From: Octopus sinensis
Lineage: Eukaryota
Assembly: GCF_006345805.1 (NCBI RefSeq)
Contig: NC_043019.1
Coordinates: 29,883,360 to 29,947,359 of the forward strand
DNA: 64,000 nucleotides
Reading direction: 5' to 3'
Shown here: piece by piece, positions 13,151-26,470 of the stretch
Position numbering within the stretch: the first letter of the stretch is position 1
Layout: every line of letters begins with the position of its first letter
The notes under the pieces: model-generated
Seen by the model: the letters and a program-made list of their open reading frames with translations, nothing else
Databases searched by the model: none
Told to the model about the DNA's origin: nothing
Translations under genes and position numbers: made by a program

Positions 13151-13394
13151 TTAAAGAATAGTTGTTTGTTGTTTTTGACACGGTGCATAAACTTTTTCCT
13201 CAACCTAGTATTTAATTTGTACAAGTACTTCTATTAATATAGACACCTCTTCAATGTTTTATCAAATCAAGATAACCCTCAATACATTGCGATAACACTG
13301 AATTAAAATATTTATACAGATTTTTTTCCTTTCTTGAAGTGTATATAAATGTTTTATGTGAACTCTGTATGTGTGTGTGTGTGATTTTTTAAAT

Positions 13395-13595
13395 CTTTTA
13401 CTTGTTTCAGTCACTAGACTGCAGCCATGCTGGAGCACCTCCTTAAGTAATTTTTAGTCGAACTGATCAACCCTTGTACTTATCTTCTTTTTATTTATTC
13501 AATCAATCTCTTTTGCTGGACTTATCAAATCAGTCTTTTTTTCACACCAACTCTGATTGCCAAACGGGACGAGCAAAAACACACACACACGCATG

Positions 13596-13646
<51 letters not shown>

Positions 13647-13810
13647 CAAGCTTCTTTCAATTTCTGCCTACCAAATCCACTCACAAGGTTTTTGTTGGCC
13701 CAGGGCTATTGCTGAAGACATTTGCCCAAGGTGCCACACAGTGGGGACTGAATCCAGGACCATGCGGTTGGGAAGCAAACTTCTTACCAAACAGCCACAC
13801 CTGCACCTGT
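13395..13810 (-). mobile_element. SINE family 3 (diverged)
   Basis: Same structure, internal (CA)n. Confidence 0.75.
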
Positions 13811-15299
13811 GTGTGCCTCTGTGTGCGTGTGGGGGGGGGGGAGGAGGTTGTGTCTTCTTGTCTTGACATTGTGTGATAACTATAAATAAGTTTCACAGTT
13901 ATATAAGCAGTGTCATTTATTTCTAATATGCTTTGAAAACATGTCTGGCCATGGAGGAAATATTACCTTGCTGGGAAACAGGTGAGGTTTGGCAACAGAA
14001 AGGGCATCTGGTTATAGAAAATCTTCATCAAGTAAACTCTGAGCTATGTAAAAACAGGAAAGTTAAATGATGATGATAATACATGGAACCAGTACGGGAG
14101 CCTAGGTCTATTATCCAAACAATATATTCCAGTAAATGAGGAAGCTGCTACATGGTTGTCTTTTCTGTTAGATATAGCTGCTGAATCCCTCAAAGTCAAA
14201 ACCATTCTGTCATAGAAAAGGAAGGACCAATAACCTATCTAAAATAAAAACAATTTTTATGAGTGAAGCATGGTGGGTAGGGCTAGAGAGATCATAGGTC
14301 TATTGGACTGGGACTGATCTAGGGCAAAACAATAGCTATAATTACTACCAATATCCACTAATTCATTTAATGCAGTCATTAATATTTGGGTCACAATTAA
14401 TCAAATCATATTTGGTGACATCAAAGTAGTTCAGTGAGCCAATGAGGGATCCTGTATGTGGATGGTCATCTCTGTTAGTAGAAACTCAGTACGACATGAG
14501 TGGATAGCTGAAGAGATCTTCAGATGAAGAACTCCCTTCAAACAAGTGTTTTGGTCTGTTATTTCCTAACACTGTAAGGGAGTCGGGGGCCACCTAGGTT
14601 ATGACTCTTGGGTGCCTTCCTGTTGGTTTTTGAAACGTGGGGATTGAACTTTGAGCTTATTTCTCGGCCATGCAAACGGCCACATGAACTTGCAATGTCT
14701 GAGTCACAACATTTCATTGTTAAAGACAGAAAAATGACATTTGACTCTGCAGTCCGAGATATATGAAAAGATGGGATTGCCGTTAATCATAGCTGATTAT
14801 CTTTGATCTTTGTCAAGTATTGAGTGATTAGAATTTATAGAGCTTCTGATTAGTTCTGATTGTAACATTGGACCTAACTTTAACCAACACCCACCTAAGC
14901 ATTTCACGTTTTCATTTGTATGGTAGTATACCTCTTCCCAAAATAGTGTGACATGAAACTGTTACCCAACAGATATGATATTCACTGTATCTCAGCACAA
15001 AGATGTTGAGGACAAATACTTGATCCCTGCCTCTCCTAATGATTAACATCTGACTTAGATTTTTTACATTGACTTTATATATACGATTTTAGGTTTCTGA
15101 TACAGCATACCTACAGCATTTCTGTATCAATTATCCTGTAGTTATAAGCTATAATATTAATTGTTTAATTCGTTCAGAAGACATAAATACTGATAGAAGT
15201 ATAATTGCACAAACAACCTTTATCCTACTTACTTCCTGTAAGCTTTTCAATGACTCATTTCTCTGTTTAATTTTTCTTTATCTATACAAAACTAAAAGT

Positions 15300-15855
15300 C
15301 CGTGATTGCTTGCTTGCATGCTTGTCTGTAACTTAATGTAGCCAAAATGGTGGTGCACAATGGGAAAATACTCTGAAAGTAAGTTAACCCTGAAATGTGA
15401 ATACAAACAGAATAAACAAGTTTTATATAAATCAGACCACAGATTCCTGAGATACGCAGTTTTTTTGGGGTTTGTTTTCATAAATTTAAGCTGTGAAACC
15501 TGGAGTTATTGCTCTTTACTGTGAACACCTGGATAGTTTTGTTTGCATGCTTGCTTGTCTGTAATTTAATACAGCCAAACTGGTGCGTAATGGGAAGATA
15601 CTCTGAAAGTAAGGTGCCCCTGAAATAGCAATACAAACGGAATAAGACAAGTTTCGCATAAATAGGACCACAGGTTCTTGAGATACACATTTTTTCAGGT
15701 ACCTTTATGCTTGCATTCATGCTTGTCTGTAATTTAATACAGCTAAACTGGTACATAATTGTAGAATGTTTTGAAAGTGAGGTACCATTAAAATGTGAAC
15801 ACAAATGGAATAAAACAAATTTCATGTAATTTGGACCATGCGTTTCCGAGATACC
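15300..15855. repeat. Three diverged ~140-150 bp direct repeats
   Basis: gcttgtctgtaa(c/t)ttaat..tactctgaaagtaag..ctgaaat..aataaac..gaccacag..gagatac recurs at ~15310, ~15545 and ~15715. Confidence 0.8.
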
Positions 15856-16503
15856 TTGAACTATTGGTGACCCAATGAGTCAAGGGTAGTTTCGTACTAT
15901 GTCAAATTATACATCATACACTTCTTTAAAGCATTTAAATTTACTTTGTGGTGCAATCTCAATATATTTGTAGTATGAATCTCTATCTGTACTTCTCTTT
16001 TTGGTGCACTGGAGATTAAGCAAAAATTGCTGGTGCACTCTACTATGGAAACTTCAAATCAAACCATTTTGAAGCTAAATATTTAGAAAAAAATATATGT
16101 ACAAAATTCTTTTTTGGAACTTGATCTCAAATCACACACAAAGCTATAAATAACAGCATGTAAATATTGCACTGGAAAACCTTTTTGGAAAGAAAAAGTC
16201 GAAGGCTGCCCATGGGACACAAACCTACAACTTTTCTCAACATGTTACTATTTTTTGTAGCCTTCAATTTTTTTGTAGCTTTCAATGCTTTGTAGCCTTC
16301 AATTTTATATCCAAGAGGGATTTTCAACCCAGTATTTGCTTGCTATTATTTATATCTTTATGTAAAGGTGTCAAGCTGGCAGAATTGTTACTGCACTAGG
16401 CAAAATACTCAGCAGCATATTGTCTGTCTTTACGTTCTGAGTTCAAATTCTGCTGAGGTTGACTTTGCCTTTCATCCTTTTGAGTTCGATAATATAAATA
16501 CCT

Positions 16504-16733
16504 ATTTCTTTACTACCCACAAGGGGCTAAACACAGAGAGGACAAACAAGGACAGACAAAGAGATTAAGTCGATTATATCGACCCCAGTGCGTAACTGGT
16601 ACTTATTTAATCGACCCCGAAAGGATGAAAGGCAGAGTCGACCTCGGCGGAATTTGAACTCAGAATGTAGCGGCAGACAAAATACGGCTATGCGTTTCAC
16701 CCGGCGTGCTAATGTTTCTGCCAGCTTGCCGCC
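16504..16733 (-). mobile_element. SINE family 2 (ggcggcgagctggcag...gtagtaaagaaata) inside an older relative
   Basis: TSD gataatataaa(t/c)acc; the flanks form an older plus-strand copy starting near 16370. Confidence 0.85.
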
Positions 16734-17194
16734 TTTGATAATATAAACACCAGTTGAACACTGAGGTGGATGTATTGACTTACACCCTTCTCCCCAAATT
16801 GCTAGCCTTGTGCCAAAATTTAAAACGATTCATAGATTTATGTGTGCTTCAAGATCCGGTTCAAAAACAGAATTGCTTCACCTTCTCTCAACAATTTATG
16901 AATTCTTTTGATGTCAACAATATACAAAATTATCACTTGCTTTGTTTTATTAGTCATACTTGTATACTTACAGTATTATGAATAACTTGTCTTTCAAGAG
17001 GCTTAAGTATTAGTCTAGTTTTTCGAAAGCCTGAAATTATATTTTTCAAAACCTACAATACACTTACATATCCTTAGTGGTGCAGCCGGGTACAAAACTG
17101 TACCCTTTCACAAACACAACTTCTATATATTTAACATGTTATGTCTATTAATGCGTTATTTGGTTTCTATTTCAAAAGTAATATTATATAATAT

Positions 17195-17512
17195 ATAGGT
17201 GCATGTGTGACTGTATGGTAAGAGGTTTCCTTCTCAACAACATCATTCTGGGTTCAGTCCCATTGCGTGGAACCTTGGGCAAGTGTCTTCTACTAAAGCC
17301 TTGGGCCAACCAAAGTCTTGTGAGTGAATTTGGTAGATGTAAACTGAAAGAAGCCTGTCAGCATGACCATGTGGTAAGAAGCTTGCTTCCTAACCACATG
17401 GTTCTGGGTTCAGTCCCACTGCATAGCACCTTGGGCAAGTGTCTTCTACTATAGCCTTGGGCCAACTAAAGCCTTGCAAGTGGATTTGGTTGATGGAAAC
17501 TGAAAGAAGCCT

Positions 17513-17558
<46 letters not shown>

Positions 17559-18372
17559 TATGTGTGTGTCTCTGTGTCTGTGTTTGTCCCCCCGACCATA
17601 GCTTGACAACCAATGCCGGTGTGTTTATGTCACCGTAACTTAGCACTTCGGCAAAAGAGACTAATAGCATAAGTACCAGGCTTACAAAGAATAAGTCCTG
17701 GGGTTGATTTATTCGACTAAAAGACAGTGCTCCAGCATGGCTGCTGTCTAATCACCTTGTGTTTTGTTCCTGAGCAAAGCACTTCATTTTGTGTTGCTCT
17801 GTGATCATTTTGACATCTGATATGTGGCACCCGTTGCACACCTGTACAGGTAATGTCGATCTGATGGAAGTAATGAGCTTATGTCTACACAAATATTTGA
17901 TCACTATAAACAAATCATTTGGTTGTTCGGTAAGAAATTGTTGAAACCTCATACATCACCTGACGATGGGAGAATCCATCATATATTGGCTGTGTGGTAA
18001 GTAGCTTGCTAACCAACCACATGGTTCCAGGTTCAGTCCCACTGCGTGGCATCTTGGGCAAGTGTCTTCTGCTATAGCCCCGGGCTGACCAATGCCTTGT
18101 GAGTGGATTTGGTAGATGGAAACTGAAAGAAGCCTGTTGTATATATGTGTGTGTATGTGTTTGTGTGTCTGTGTTTGTCCCCCTAGAATTGCTTGACAAC
18201 CGATGCTGGTGTGTTTACGTCCCCGTCACTTAGCGGTTCGGCAAAAGAGACCGATAGAAAAGTACTAGACTTACAAAGAATAAGTCCTGGAGTCGATTTG
18301 CTCGACTAAAGGCGGTGCTCCAGCATGGCTGCAGTCAAATGACTGAAATAAGTAAAAGAGAGAAAAGAGAGA
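17195..18372 (+). mobile_element. Cluster of SINE family 3 copies and another SINE
   Basis: Partial head 17195-17360, copy 17365-17745, other family 17755-17975, full copy 17988-18372. Confidence 0.75.
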
Positions 18373-19373
18373 AAGAGATATATATGTCATGTGATCACGC
18401 GATTGATCAAACTACTGTATGTTGTTATACATCTCTGGTCACAATGCACTTTGCATCGTTTTAGCTTTTGAATGAAGCTACCCTGCTAGCTAGGTGATCA
18501 GGCCAATATTTATATGTGCGTGTGTTTCTTTTTGTGTGTTTACTGTCTTGTATTTGTCTCCTATTGCAATTTGACAACCAATATTGGTTTGTTTACATCC
18601 CTGTAATGTAGTGGTATGACAGAAGAGACCAATAGAATAAGTACCAGCTTTAAAAACAAATACAAAAAAAAAATTAAGTTCTGGAATCAAGTTGTTTGAC
18701 TGAATCCTTCAAGGTGGTGCCCCAGCATGGCTGTAGTCAAAGGACTTAAAAATGTAAATGATGATAAATAAAAGATCATGTTTATATACAACAATGAGTA
18801 AAATATTGCCATTGATATCACAATGGCTTATAAAAAGCCCTTGAAGAACAAGATCTGGTATTCCATGAATTTAAACATGCCAGGAAGTAAACGTACTGAA
18901 TTGAGTAGGCTGGGAAAAGATTTTCAGTTATTTTTTCGTAGAATTTATTGTTATTATTATTTTTTTTTCCAAATAACCACATGCACTATATATTTGTTCT
19001 TCCCTTCAGCTCTATTATTATTATTATTATTTTAACGCCCTTTGTCTGGAAATCTTTTGTCACACATCTTGTGACCTCATCAGCGACTCTCCATCCTGTT
19101 TAGTCCATTAGGTTGGGTGAAAGATTTCAGACAAAGGACATCAAATAAAAATAATAATATGTTTTACTAATTTTTAAGAAATTAGTAATAATAACTTAAA
19201 TTCTGTTTTCTTGGGGCTGACTCATGTCATGTACCTCCATTACCTGGTTATCTGCTTGTCTCCCAACCAAATAGTGCCTCCAGACTGACCGAAGGAAGCC
19301 TTTTGGGTGGATTTGACAGATGAAAACTGAAAGAAGTCTGTCATATACATACATACATACATACATACATACA

Positions 19374-19409
<36 letters not shown>

Positions 19410-19410
19410 T

Positions 19411-19811
19411 GTAGGTGCAGGAGTGACTGTGTGGTAAGTAGCTTGCTTACCAATCACATGGTTCCGGGTTCAGTCCCACTACATGGCACCTTGGGCAAGT
19501 GTCTTCTACTATAGCCTCGGGCCGACAAAAGCCTTGTGAGTGGATTTGGTAGACGGAAACTGAAAGAAGGCCGTCGTATATAAGTATATATATATATATG
19601 TGTGTGTATGTGTGTGTGTTTGTGTGTCTGTGTTTGTCCCCCCAACATTGCTTGACAACTGGTGCTGGTGTGTTTACGTCCCCATAACTTAGCGGTTCAG
19701 CAAAAGAGACCGAAAGAATAAGTACTAGGCTTACAAAGAATAAATCCTGGGTGCTCCAATATGACCGCAGTCAAATGACTGAAACAAGTAAAAGAGTAAA
19801 GAGTAAAAGAG
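19411..19811 (+). mobile_element. SINE family 3
   Basis: Same structure. Confidence 0.82.
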
Positions 19812-19834
19812 TATATATATATATATATATATAT

Positions 19835-20022
19835 TGGTTAATCCAAACAAGAAAACACAGAAAAAAAGAAAAAAAGAGAAAAAACACAGCAACACAGGAC
19901 GTGGAACAATTAAAGTATTATTGACGCTCAGGAAAGAAGGGAAGGAGGGTTTAACGTTTCGAGCGGAGCTCTTTGTCGGAAACAAGGAGAAGGAAAGATC
20001 CCAAGGAGGGAAGACAGAGGAG
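19835..20022 (-). mobile_element. Short repeat family carrying a minimal hammerhead-like motif (copy 2)
   Basis: Reverse complement gives gttt-CCGACAA-AGAGCtccGCTC-GAAA-CGTT-aaac and the same downstream body (..ttggattaac) abutting (TA)n. Confidence 0.6.
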
Positions 20023-20530
20023 ACAATATTTGAGCTGGTGGTGCTTAAGAGATCACAGCAGAAATACCCAGCGTTATTCAGGATTAAAATGGCATAGTTT
20101 GTACATATATTACAGGTATGTTGAAATAGGTGATATGGGGAAAGTGAAGCATTGACAACAAAAACATTTGTGGAGTAAATAATGAGATAATTTGACTAAA
20201 TGACATGTCATGCGTCCATTTGGAGTAAATCTAGGCCCTAACCTATCATGGAAAATTGGAGTGGGAGGTGGGTAAGTGATTTTTGAATGCACTGAAAAGA
20301 TGTCAATGGATATACTCTCCTTTGCAGTGGTCGGTGGTATGGTTCACAGTCGAATGAATGTAGGTGTAATGTAAATGGGTACATTCTGCAAATGAGCTAC
20401 AATGGGAGACAGCAATAGGGAAGCGAACTGTTGAAATGTTGGAGAAGGTGGCGGTAGAATAAGAAACATAAAGTGAACCACAGACACATACACATTCATA
20501 TACAAAATGTGGCAACACTCATAGATATAT

Positions 20531-20760
20531 ATTTCTTTACTACCCACAAGGGGCTAAACACAGAGAGGGCAAACAAGGACAGACAAAGGGATTAAGTCGA
20601 TTACATCGACCCCAGTGCACAACTGGTACTTAATTTATCGACCCCGAAAGGATGAAAGGCAAAGTCGACCTCGGCGGAATTTGAACTCAGAACGTAACGG
20701 CAGACGAAATACGGCCACGCATTTCACCCGGCGTGCTAACGTTTCTGCCAGCTCGCCGCC
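20531..20760 (-). mobile_element. SINE family 2
   Basis: Full copy; TSD tcatagatata. Confidence 0.85.
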
Positions 20761-21154
20761 TCATAGATATAGTAAGACAAACTCACACAGATATACATAG
20801 CATTTCACTTCATGTTTTTTTCCTTTATTGCATGTATATAAGTGTGTAGATGTGTGTTTTAATCCAAATGAAAAAAAAAAAATTATCATACATGCACACA
20901 CATACACTCTCACATACAGTCATATACATATAATAAGAGAGACACATACACAGATATACATTCATGCATGTCAGTTGTCACATATGTATGTGTAGATGTG
21001 TGTGTGTTTAATAATGTACATAACGTGGAAACATACACGCACACTCACAGACACATACACCCTTGCAAACACACTCATATAAAATGTCCTGTACTATAAT
21101 TGACTATAGAAAGATTATCTGTATGATAATCCACATAGCCATGCCTGCGCCTAT

Positions 21155-21187
<33 letters not shown>

Positions 21188-21252
21188 TATACACCCACAC
21201 ACACACACCTATATAAAACAATATATATATGAAATAGTTTGAAAACTATGTA

Positions 21253-21650
21253 TAGGCGCAGGAGTGGCTGTGTGGTAAGTAGCTTCCTTACCAACCATAT
21301 GGTTCCGGGTTCTGTCCCACTGCATGGCACCTTGGGCAAGTGTCTTCCACTATAGCCTTGGGCCAACCAAAGCCTTGTGAGTGGATTTGGTAGATGGAAA
21401 CTAATAGAAGCCCGTTGTGTATATATATATATTTGTGTGTGTGTGTGTGTCTGTATTTGTCCCCACCACCATAGCTTGACAACTGATGTTGATGTGTTTA
21501 CATCCTTACATCTTGATAGTTTGGCAAAAGCGACTGATAGAATAAGTACCAATCTTATAAAGAATAAGTCCTATGGTCAATTTATTCGACTAAAGGCGGT
21601 GCTCCAGCATGGCTGCAGTCAAATGACTGAAACAAATAAAAGAATAAAGA
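21253..21650 (+). mobile_element. SINE family 3
   Basis: Same structure. Confidence 0.82.
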
Positions 21651-21742
21651 ACAGGTTTGTACTTAACAGATTCAAATTAGTGCATTTCTAAAGCAGGGTC
21701 TATTTGATATTTAATAATCAATTTAAAATCCTTCAAAAGATA

Positions 21743-22251
21743 TACCTTAAATCCCTGAGTATAGTCTGCCCTTGAGTATAATACGCAGGGGATTGGCTGT
21801 ACCTCTGAAAATTCCAAACCTTGTGTATAATACTCACCCCTTCTCTAATTTGAGTCAAGGAGGTCTATATAATGTCCTTAGTTTGTAAAACTGTATACGG
21901 TAACATCCGTTATTATTATTGTATATATAACATAATGCAAACGTGTAGCTTTTTTGTGCATTTTGTTTGCAGAAAATAAAGAAATAACAGTAATAACATT
22001 TAATAAATGTTGCTTACTGCAAGTTATGGATGATTCTTTTATGACTTCATTGCTTTCAGGCTTAGCTTAAGGTATTTTCGTGCCCGACATCACAAAATGC
22101 GTCTGAATAAACATTGCCGGACAACAAACAGAGACTCGGACATTGCTTAGAAAATATTTTTCATTTTTAACCTCGTATATAGTACACACTAGGGATTTTG
22201 ACCTTTAAATTTTGGGGAAAAAATGCGGATTATACTCGAGGATTTACGATA
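21743..22251. mobile_element. pogo/Tigger-type MITE
   Basis: Imperfect TIRs taccttaaatccctgagtatag / gattatactcgaggatttacgata with subterminal (g)tataatac repeats. Confidence 0.6.
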
Positions 22252-23506
22252 CTGTATTGTGTGTATAGTATAATATTTGTTGGATGAAAATTAGATGAAG
22301 AAAAGTAAAGAACATGATTTTATTTAACAGATTTAGGTACAAATTAATACAGTTCTAAAGCAGGCTATGTTCAATCTTTATTAATCCACTTAAAAAAATA
22401 AAGAACAAAACTATTTTTTATCACACTGTATACAGATTAACCAACTTCAGAAAGAGGATCTGTTTCCTCAACATAGGATGTAGAATATTGCATAGTATTG
22501 CATAGTGTTTCTGGATTTCTGGAAATTCCAGACAAGAGGTTCTGTTCTGTATTAATCCTTTCATTATACTGTATTTATTTTGAGGTGCTCTGTGTTTCTT
22601 TAAATTAATATTAAATATAACAAAGAATTTAGTAAAATAACTTAGTTATCATTAAGCTAGTGTTAGTAACATAAACTGTGACTAAGGTTTGGTGGAAGAT
22701 TTTAATTCAAAACTTATGAAAACAAGACATTTGTGCTAGAGATCCAGAGGCGGTTTCAGCCAGGTTGGTGTCGAAAGGGTTAAGGCACAACTATCGATAC
22801 ATTTTATTATAAATATTCTCTGTCTCTGGTCTTGAGCATTTTATTCAACCTAAACATAGCTAGGAAATGTTCGACAAGTACAGGTTGTGCTTGGAGCAAA
22901 GGCATAAACAATATGCTTTTTGCTGTAGGCGATCATAATATTTTCAGTTTTCCATGCTTTTCTTCTTACTCACATTTTACTATACAGGATACGACCAAGC
23001 AGGTGTTTTATTTCTCTAGTGTCTCAAAAAGTGCGTTCAGATCCAAAAGTACATGTACTACAGAAAGAGAGGACAAAAAAGAAAAAAAAATTGTGTACAA
23101 GTTTTAAAATAGGTTTATATTAAAACTTATTTATATAGGTGTGACCCTCTGTGTGTGTGTGTATGTATGTGTGAAATTCAGTTATGATTTTGAATAAATA
23201 AAATTTCACCACCTTTCCCATTAAGCAAGGTAATATTTTTCCATAGCCTATTGTGTTCCCTTGGAAGACAGGAAATGCAGAACGTCACTTGTATGACATT
23301 TATATCGATTGCAAAATGTCAAAACACAATGATATAAATACACACTCATACACCCCGCTCATATATTCACACAGAAAATGGACGTCAAATGATGATGATA
23401 ACTACTTTCTTAGTTAAGAGCGTTCAAAGTGTAATAGTTGAACTTGCTATTTATGTTTTTAATTTCATTCCTCTTGAATAAATGGCTGACAAGCAGAATA
23501 ATATTA

Positions 23507-23912
23507 CTCCTTACTCTTTTACTTGTTTCAGTCATGTGACTGTGACCATGCTGGAGCACTGCCTTTTAGTCGAGCAAATCGACTCCAGGACTTTGTAAGC
23601 CTAGTATTTATTCTATCGGTCTCTTTTGCCGAACCGCTAAGTTACGGGGACATAAACACACCAGCATCGGTTGTCAAGCGATGTTGTGGGGACAAACACA
23701 GACACACAAACATATACATACACATATATATATACATACATATATACGATGGGCTTCTTTTAGTTTCCGTCTACCAAATCCACTCACAAGGCTTTGGTTG
23801 GCCCGAGGCTATAGTAGAAGACACTTGCCCAAGGTGCCATGCAGTGGGACTGAACCCGGAACCATGTGGTTTGTAAGCAAGCTACTTACCACACAACCAC
23901 TCCTACGTCTAT
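23507..23912 (-). mobile_element. SINE family 3
   Basis: Same structure. Confidence 0.82.
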
Positions 23913-24673
23913 TGTAGATAATAACTTCAACACAAAGTCTCAAATTTATAAGGAAAGAGAGGACTCAATTGTGTCAGCCACAGTATGTGAGAGGCACTTA
24001 TATTATCGACCCTGGAACCATGAAGGGTAAAGTAAGTCTCTTGCAGGTATTGAACTCAGAACATAAAGGAACAGTATGAAACAAAAAGCGATGCCCTTTG
24101 TCTGCTGTTCTACTGGTTCTGTTCTAGTTTTACTCGTTCAATAGTTTTAACTTTTCTAGTTCTACTAGTTCAATACTTTTAACTGTTCTCGTTCTTCTAG
24201 TCCGATGGCTTTAACTTTGGCACGAAGCCACAAATTTGTGGAGGAAGGAGAGAAAAAAGTCGATCAAAACAACCTCAGTACATGATTGATAAATATTTCA
24301 GTAACATTAAACTAGGCAAAGGCACCCCACCACCTCCTCACTCCAGCCAGATTTGAATGGGTACATACATAAATTCTAGCAAGTCATTTAAGTGTAACAG
24401 TAGTACTCTACCTTTTCTGTTACTCACCAATCTATGTAACATTCATTTTTAATACTATTGTACTGTTGTCGCCCTACTTTATTTTCCTACTGTGTCATGT
24501 TGACCGGTTGAGTTAATTTCATGTTACTTTGAGTGAACCAGCCTGTGAATAACAGGTGAAAATATCACTGACAACAAATGATCTGTCACTGTTTTACTGG
24601 TTTCGGTCATTGCATTGCGATCATGCTGGAGCACTGCCTTCAAGGTTTTCAGTCAATTATATTGACATAATAA

Positions 24674-24905
24674 GGCGGTGAGCTGGCAGAAACGTTAGCG
24701 CGCCGGGTGAAATGCGTAGCTGTATTTCGTCTGCCGTTACCTTCTGGGTTCAAATTCCGTCGAGGTCGACTTTGCCTTTCATCCTTTCGGGGTCGATAAA
24801 TAAAGTACCAGTTTCGCACTGGTGGTCGATGTAATCGACTTAATCCCTTTGTCTGTCCTTGTTTGTCCCCTCTATGTTTAGCCCCTTGTGGTTAGTAAAG
24901 AAATA
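24674..24905 (+). mobile_element. SINE family 2
   Basis: Full copy; TSD tatattgacat. Confidence 0.85.
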
Positions 24906-24984
24906 TATATTGACATCAATACTTATTTCAATCTGGTCCTTATTTTATTGCTTTTGATTTATCAGAAGGCTAAGATAACACTTT

Positions 24985-25015
<31 letters not shown>

Positions 25016-26042
25016 TTAAAATAAAAATTAAAAACCCCAAAAAACCTGTAAGCATATGTATGCACATGTGCATATACACACATATAATTTTCTTGAGAAT
25101 GACTTTGAAGTTTTGTGATGATGGCTTGTTCAAACAGTAAGATGAAGCTTCCGCCATCCAGTTTGAACAAGCCATTAACTGGTAAAACTTCAAAAATTAC
25201 TATCAATGAAGTCAAATAAATAACCGACTCTACACATGTATTGAATCCTTTAATGAAACAATTATAATTAAAGGTGTTCTGGCTGTGTCCATCTTGTCTT
25301 TCTGAATATCAGAAACTGCATTGTGCCAATATATTTCCTCATCTCAGAAAATAGGATGTGACTTGAAGGTGATTAGGTTGTTGTTTCTAGCAGGTTGAGA
25401 AACTGTAAGTGAGTTCCCTCACTGACACACGTCCTGGAAATTTTTAAGAGCTTAGATTTGAAGCCACATTAGTTCAGTGATGAGGAATAGGCCACAGCAC
25501 ATCAGGCAACTGGCGCTGAATTTTGACCAATAGTATTTCAGTTGCAGATGTATGATAAATGAAATTCTCCATGATTTTCCTGCCAAAATATGTCCATAAA
25601 TATTAGAAGAATGAGACAATCAGTGCAGAAGAGATTGAGAGAGGTTTCTAACAAGACACATGAACACAGAATTCTTGGTCAGCTGCTTGGCCTTGAGCTG
25701 AAAATTATCTCCTTATTTACAATGCTGCTTATCCAAGCATGTACACAAGACATTCTTAATTTCACCTCTCACCACACACAAATATGTAGCTATCCAATTC
25801 TTAGCTAGATATAACATCCATACATCTCTCTCTACTGGTAATCAGTGATATGGCCTCTCACAAGTAACTATTGTGATGTTTGTAATGTTTATGGTGTAAT
25901 GGTTTCCTCAAAAATTTCAAATGGACTTGGTGATAGAGAGATAAGCAAAACTTGTATGCAGTCATCTGAACCTGCTAGAAGTAACAACCAAATATCCTTT
26001 ACATGACACCTTGATGTCTTGAAAATTTAAGGATACATTGAA

Positions 26043-26211
26043 TAAAGGCATAGGAGTGGCTGTGTGGTAAGTAGCTTGCTTACGAACCACATGGTTCTGG
26101 GTTCAGTTCCATTCTGTGGCACCTTGGGCAAGTGTCTTCTGCTATAGCCTTGTGCCGACCAAAGCCTTGTGAGTGGATTTGGTAGATGGAAACTGAAAGA
26201 AGGCTGTCGTA

Positions 26212-26260
<49 letters not shown>

Positions 26261-26470
26261 ATATGTTTGTGTGTCTGTGTTTGTCCCTCCCAACATCGCT
26301 TGACAACTGATGCTGGTGTGTTTATGTCCCCGTAACTTAGCGGTCCGGCAAAAGAGACCGATAGAATAAGTACTATTCTTATAAGCCCTGTGGTCGATTT
26401 GCTCGACTAAAAGTGGTGCTCCAGCATAGCCACAGTCACATGACTGAAACAAGTAAAAGAATAAAGAGTA
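26043..26470 (+). mobile_element. SINE family 3
   Basis: Same structure. Confidence 0.82.

Larger units (their letters stand above)
11935..13210 (+). mobile_element. Degraded mariner element with nested insertions
   Basis: Transposase remnants at 12410-12925 (IPVWWNFVGILHFE..; VEVLPHPAYSPDIAPSDY; ..RWQKVVENDGLYF) with stops and frameshifts. Left TIR stub TAttaggttgagga (11935) matches right TIR end tcctcaacctagTA (13210). Confidence 0.85.

Noticed and set aside
20150-20510. Possible decayed LINE remnant
   Set aside because: No diagnostic motif could be read with confidence.
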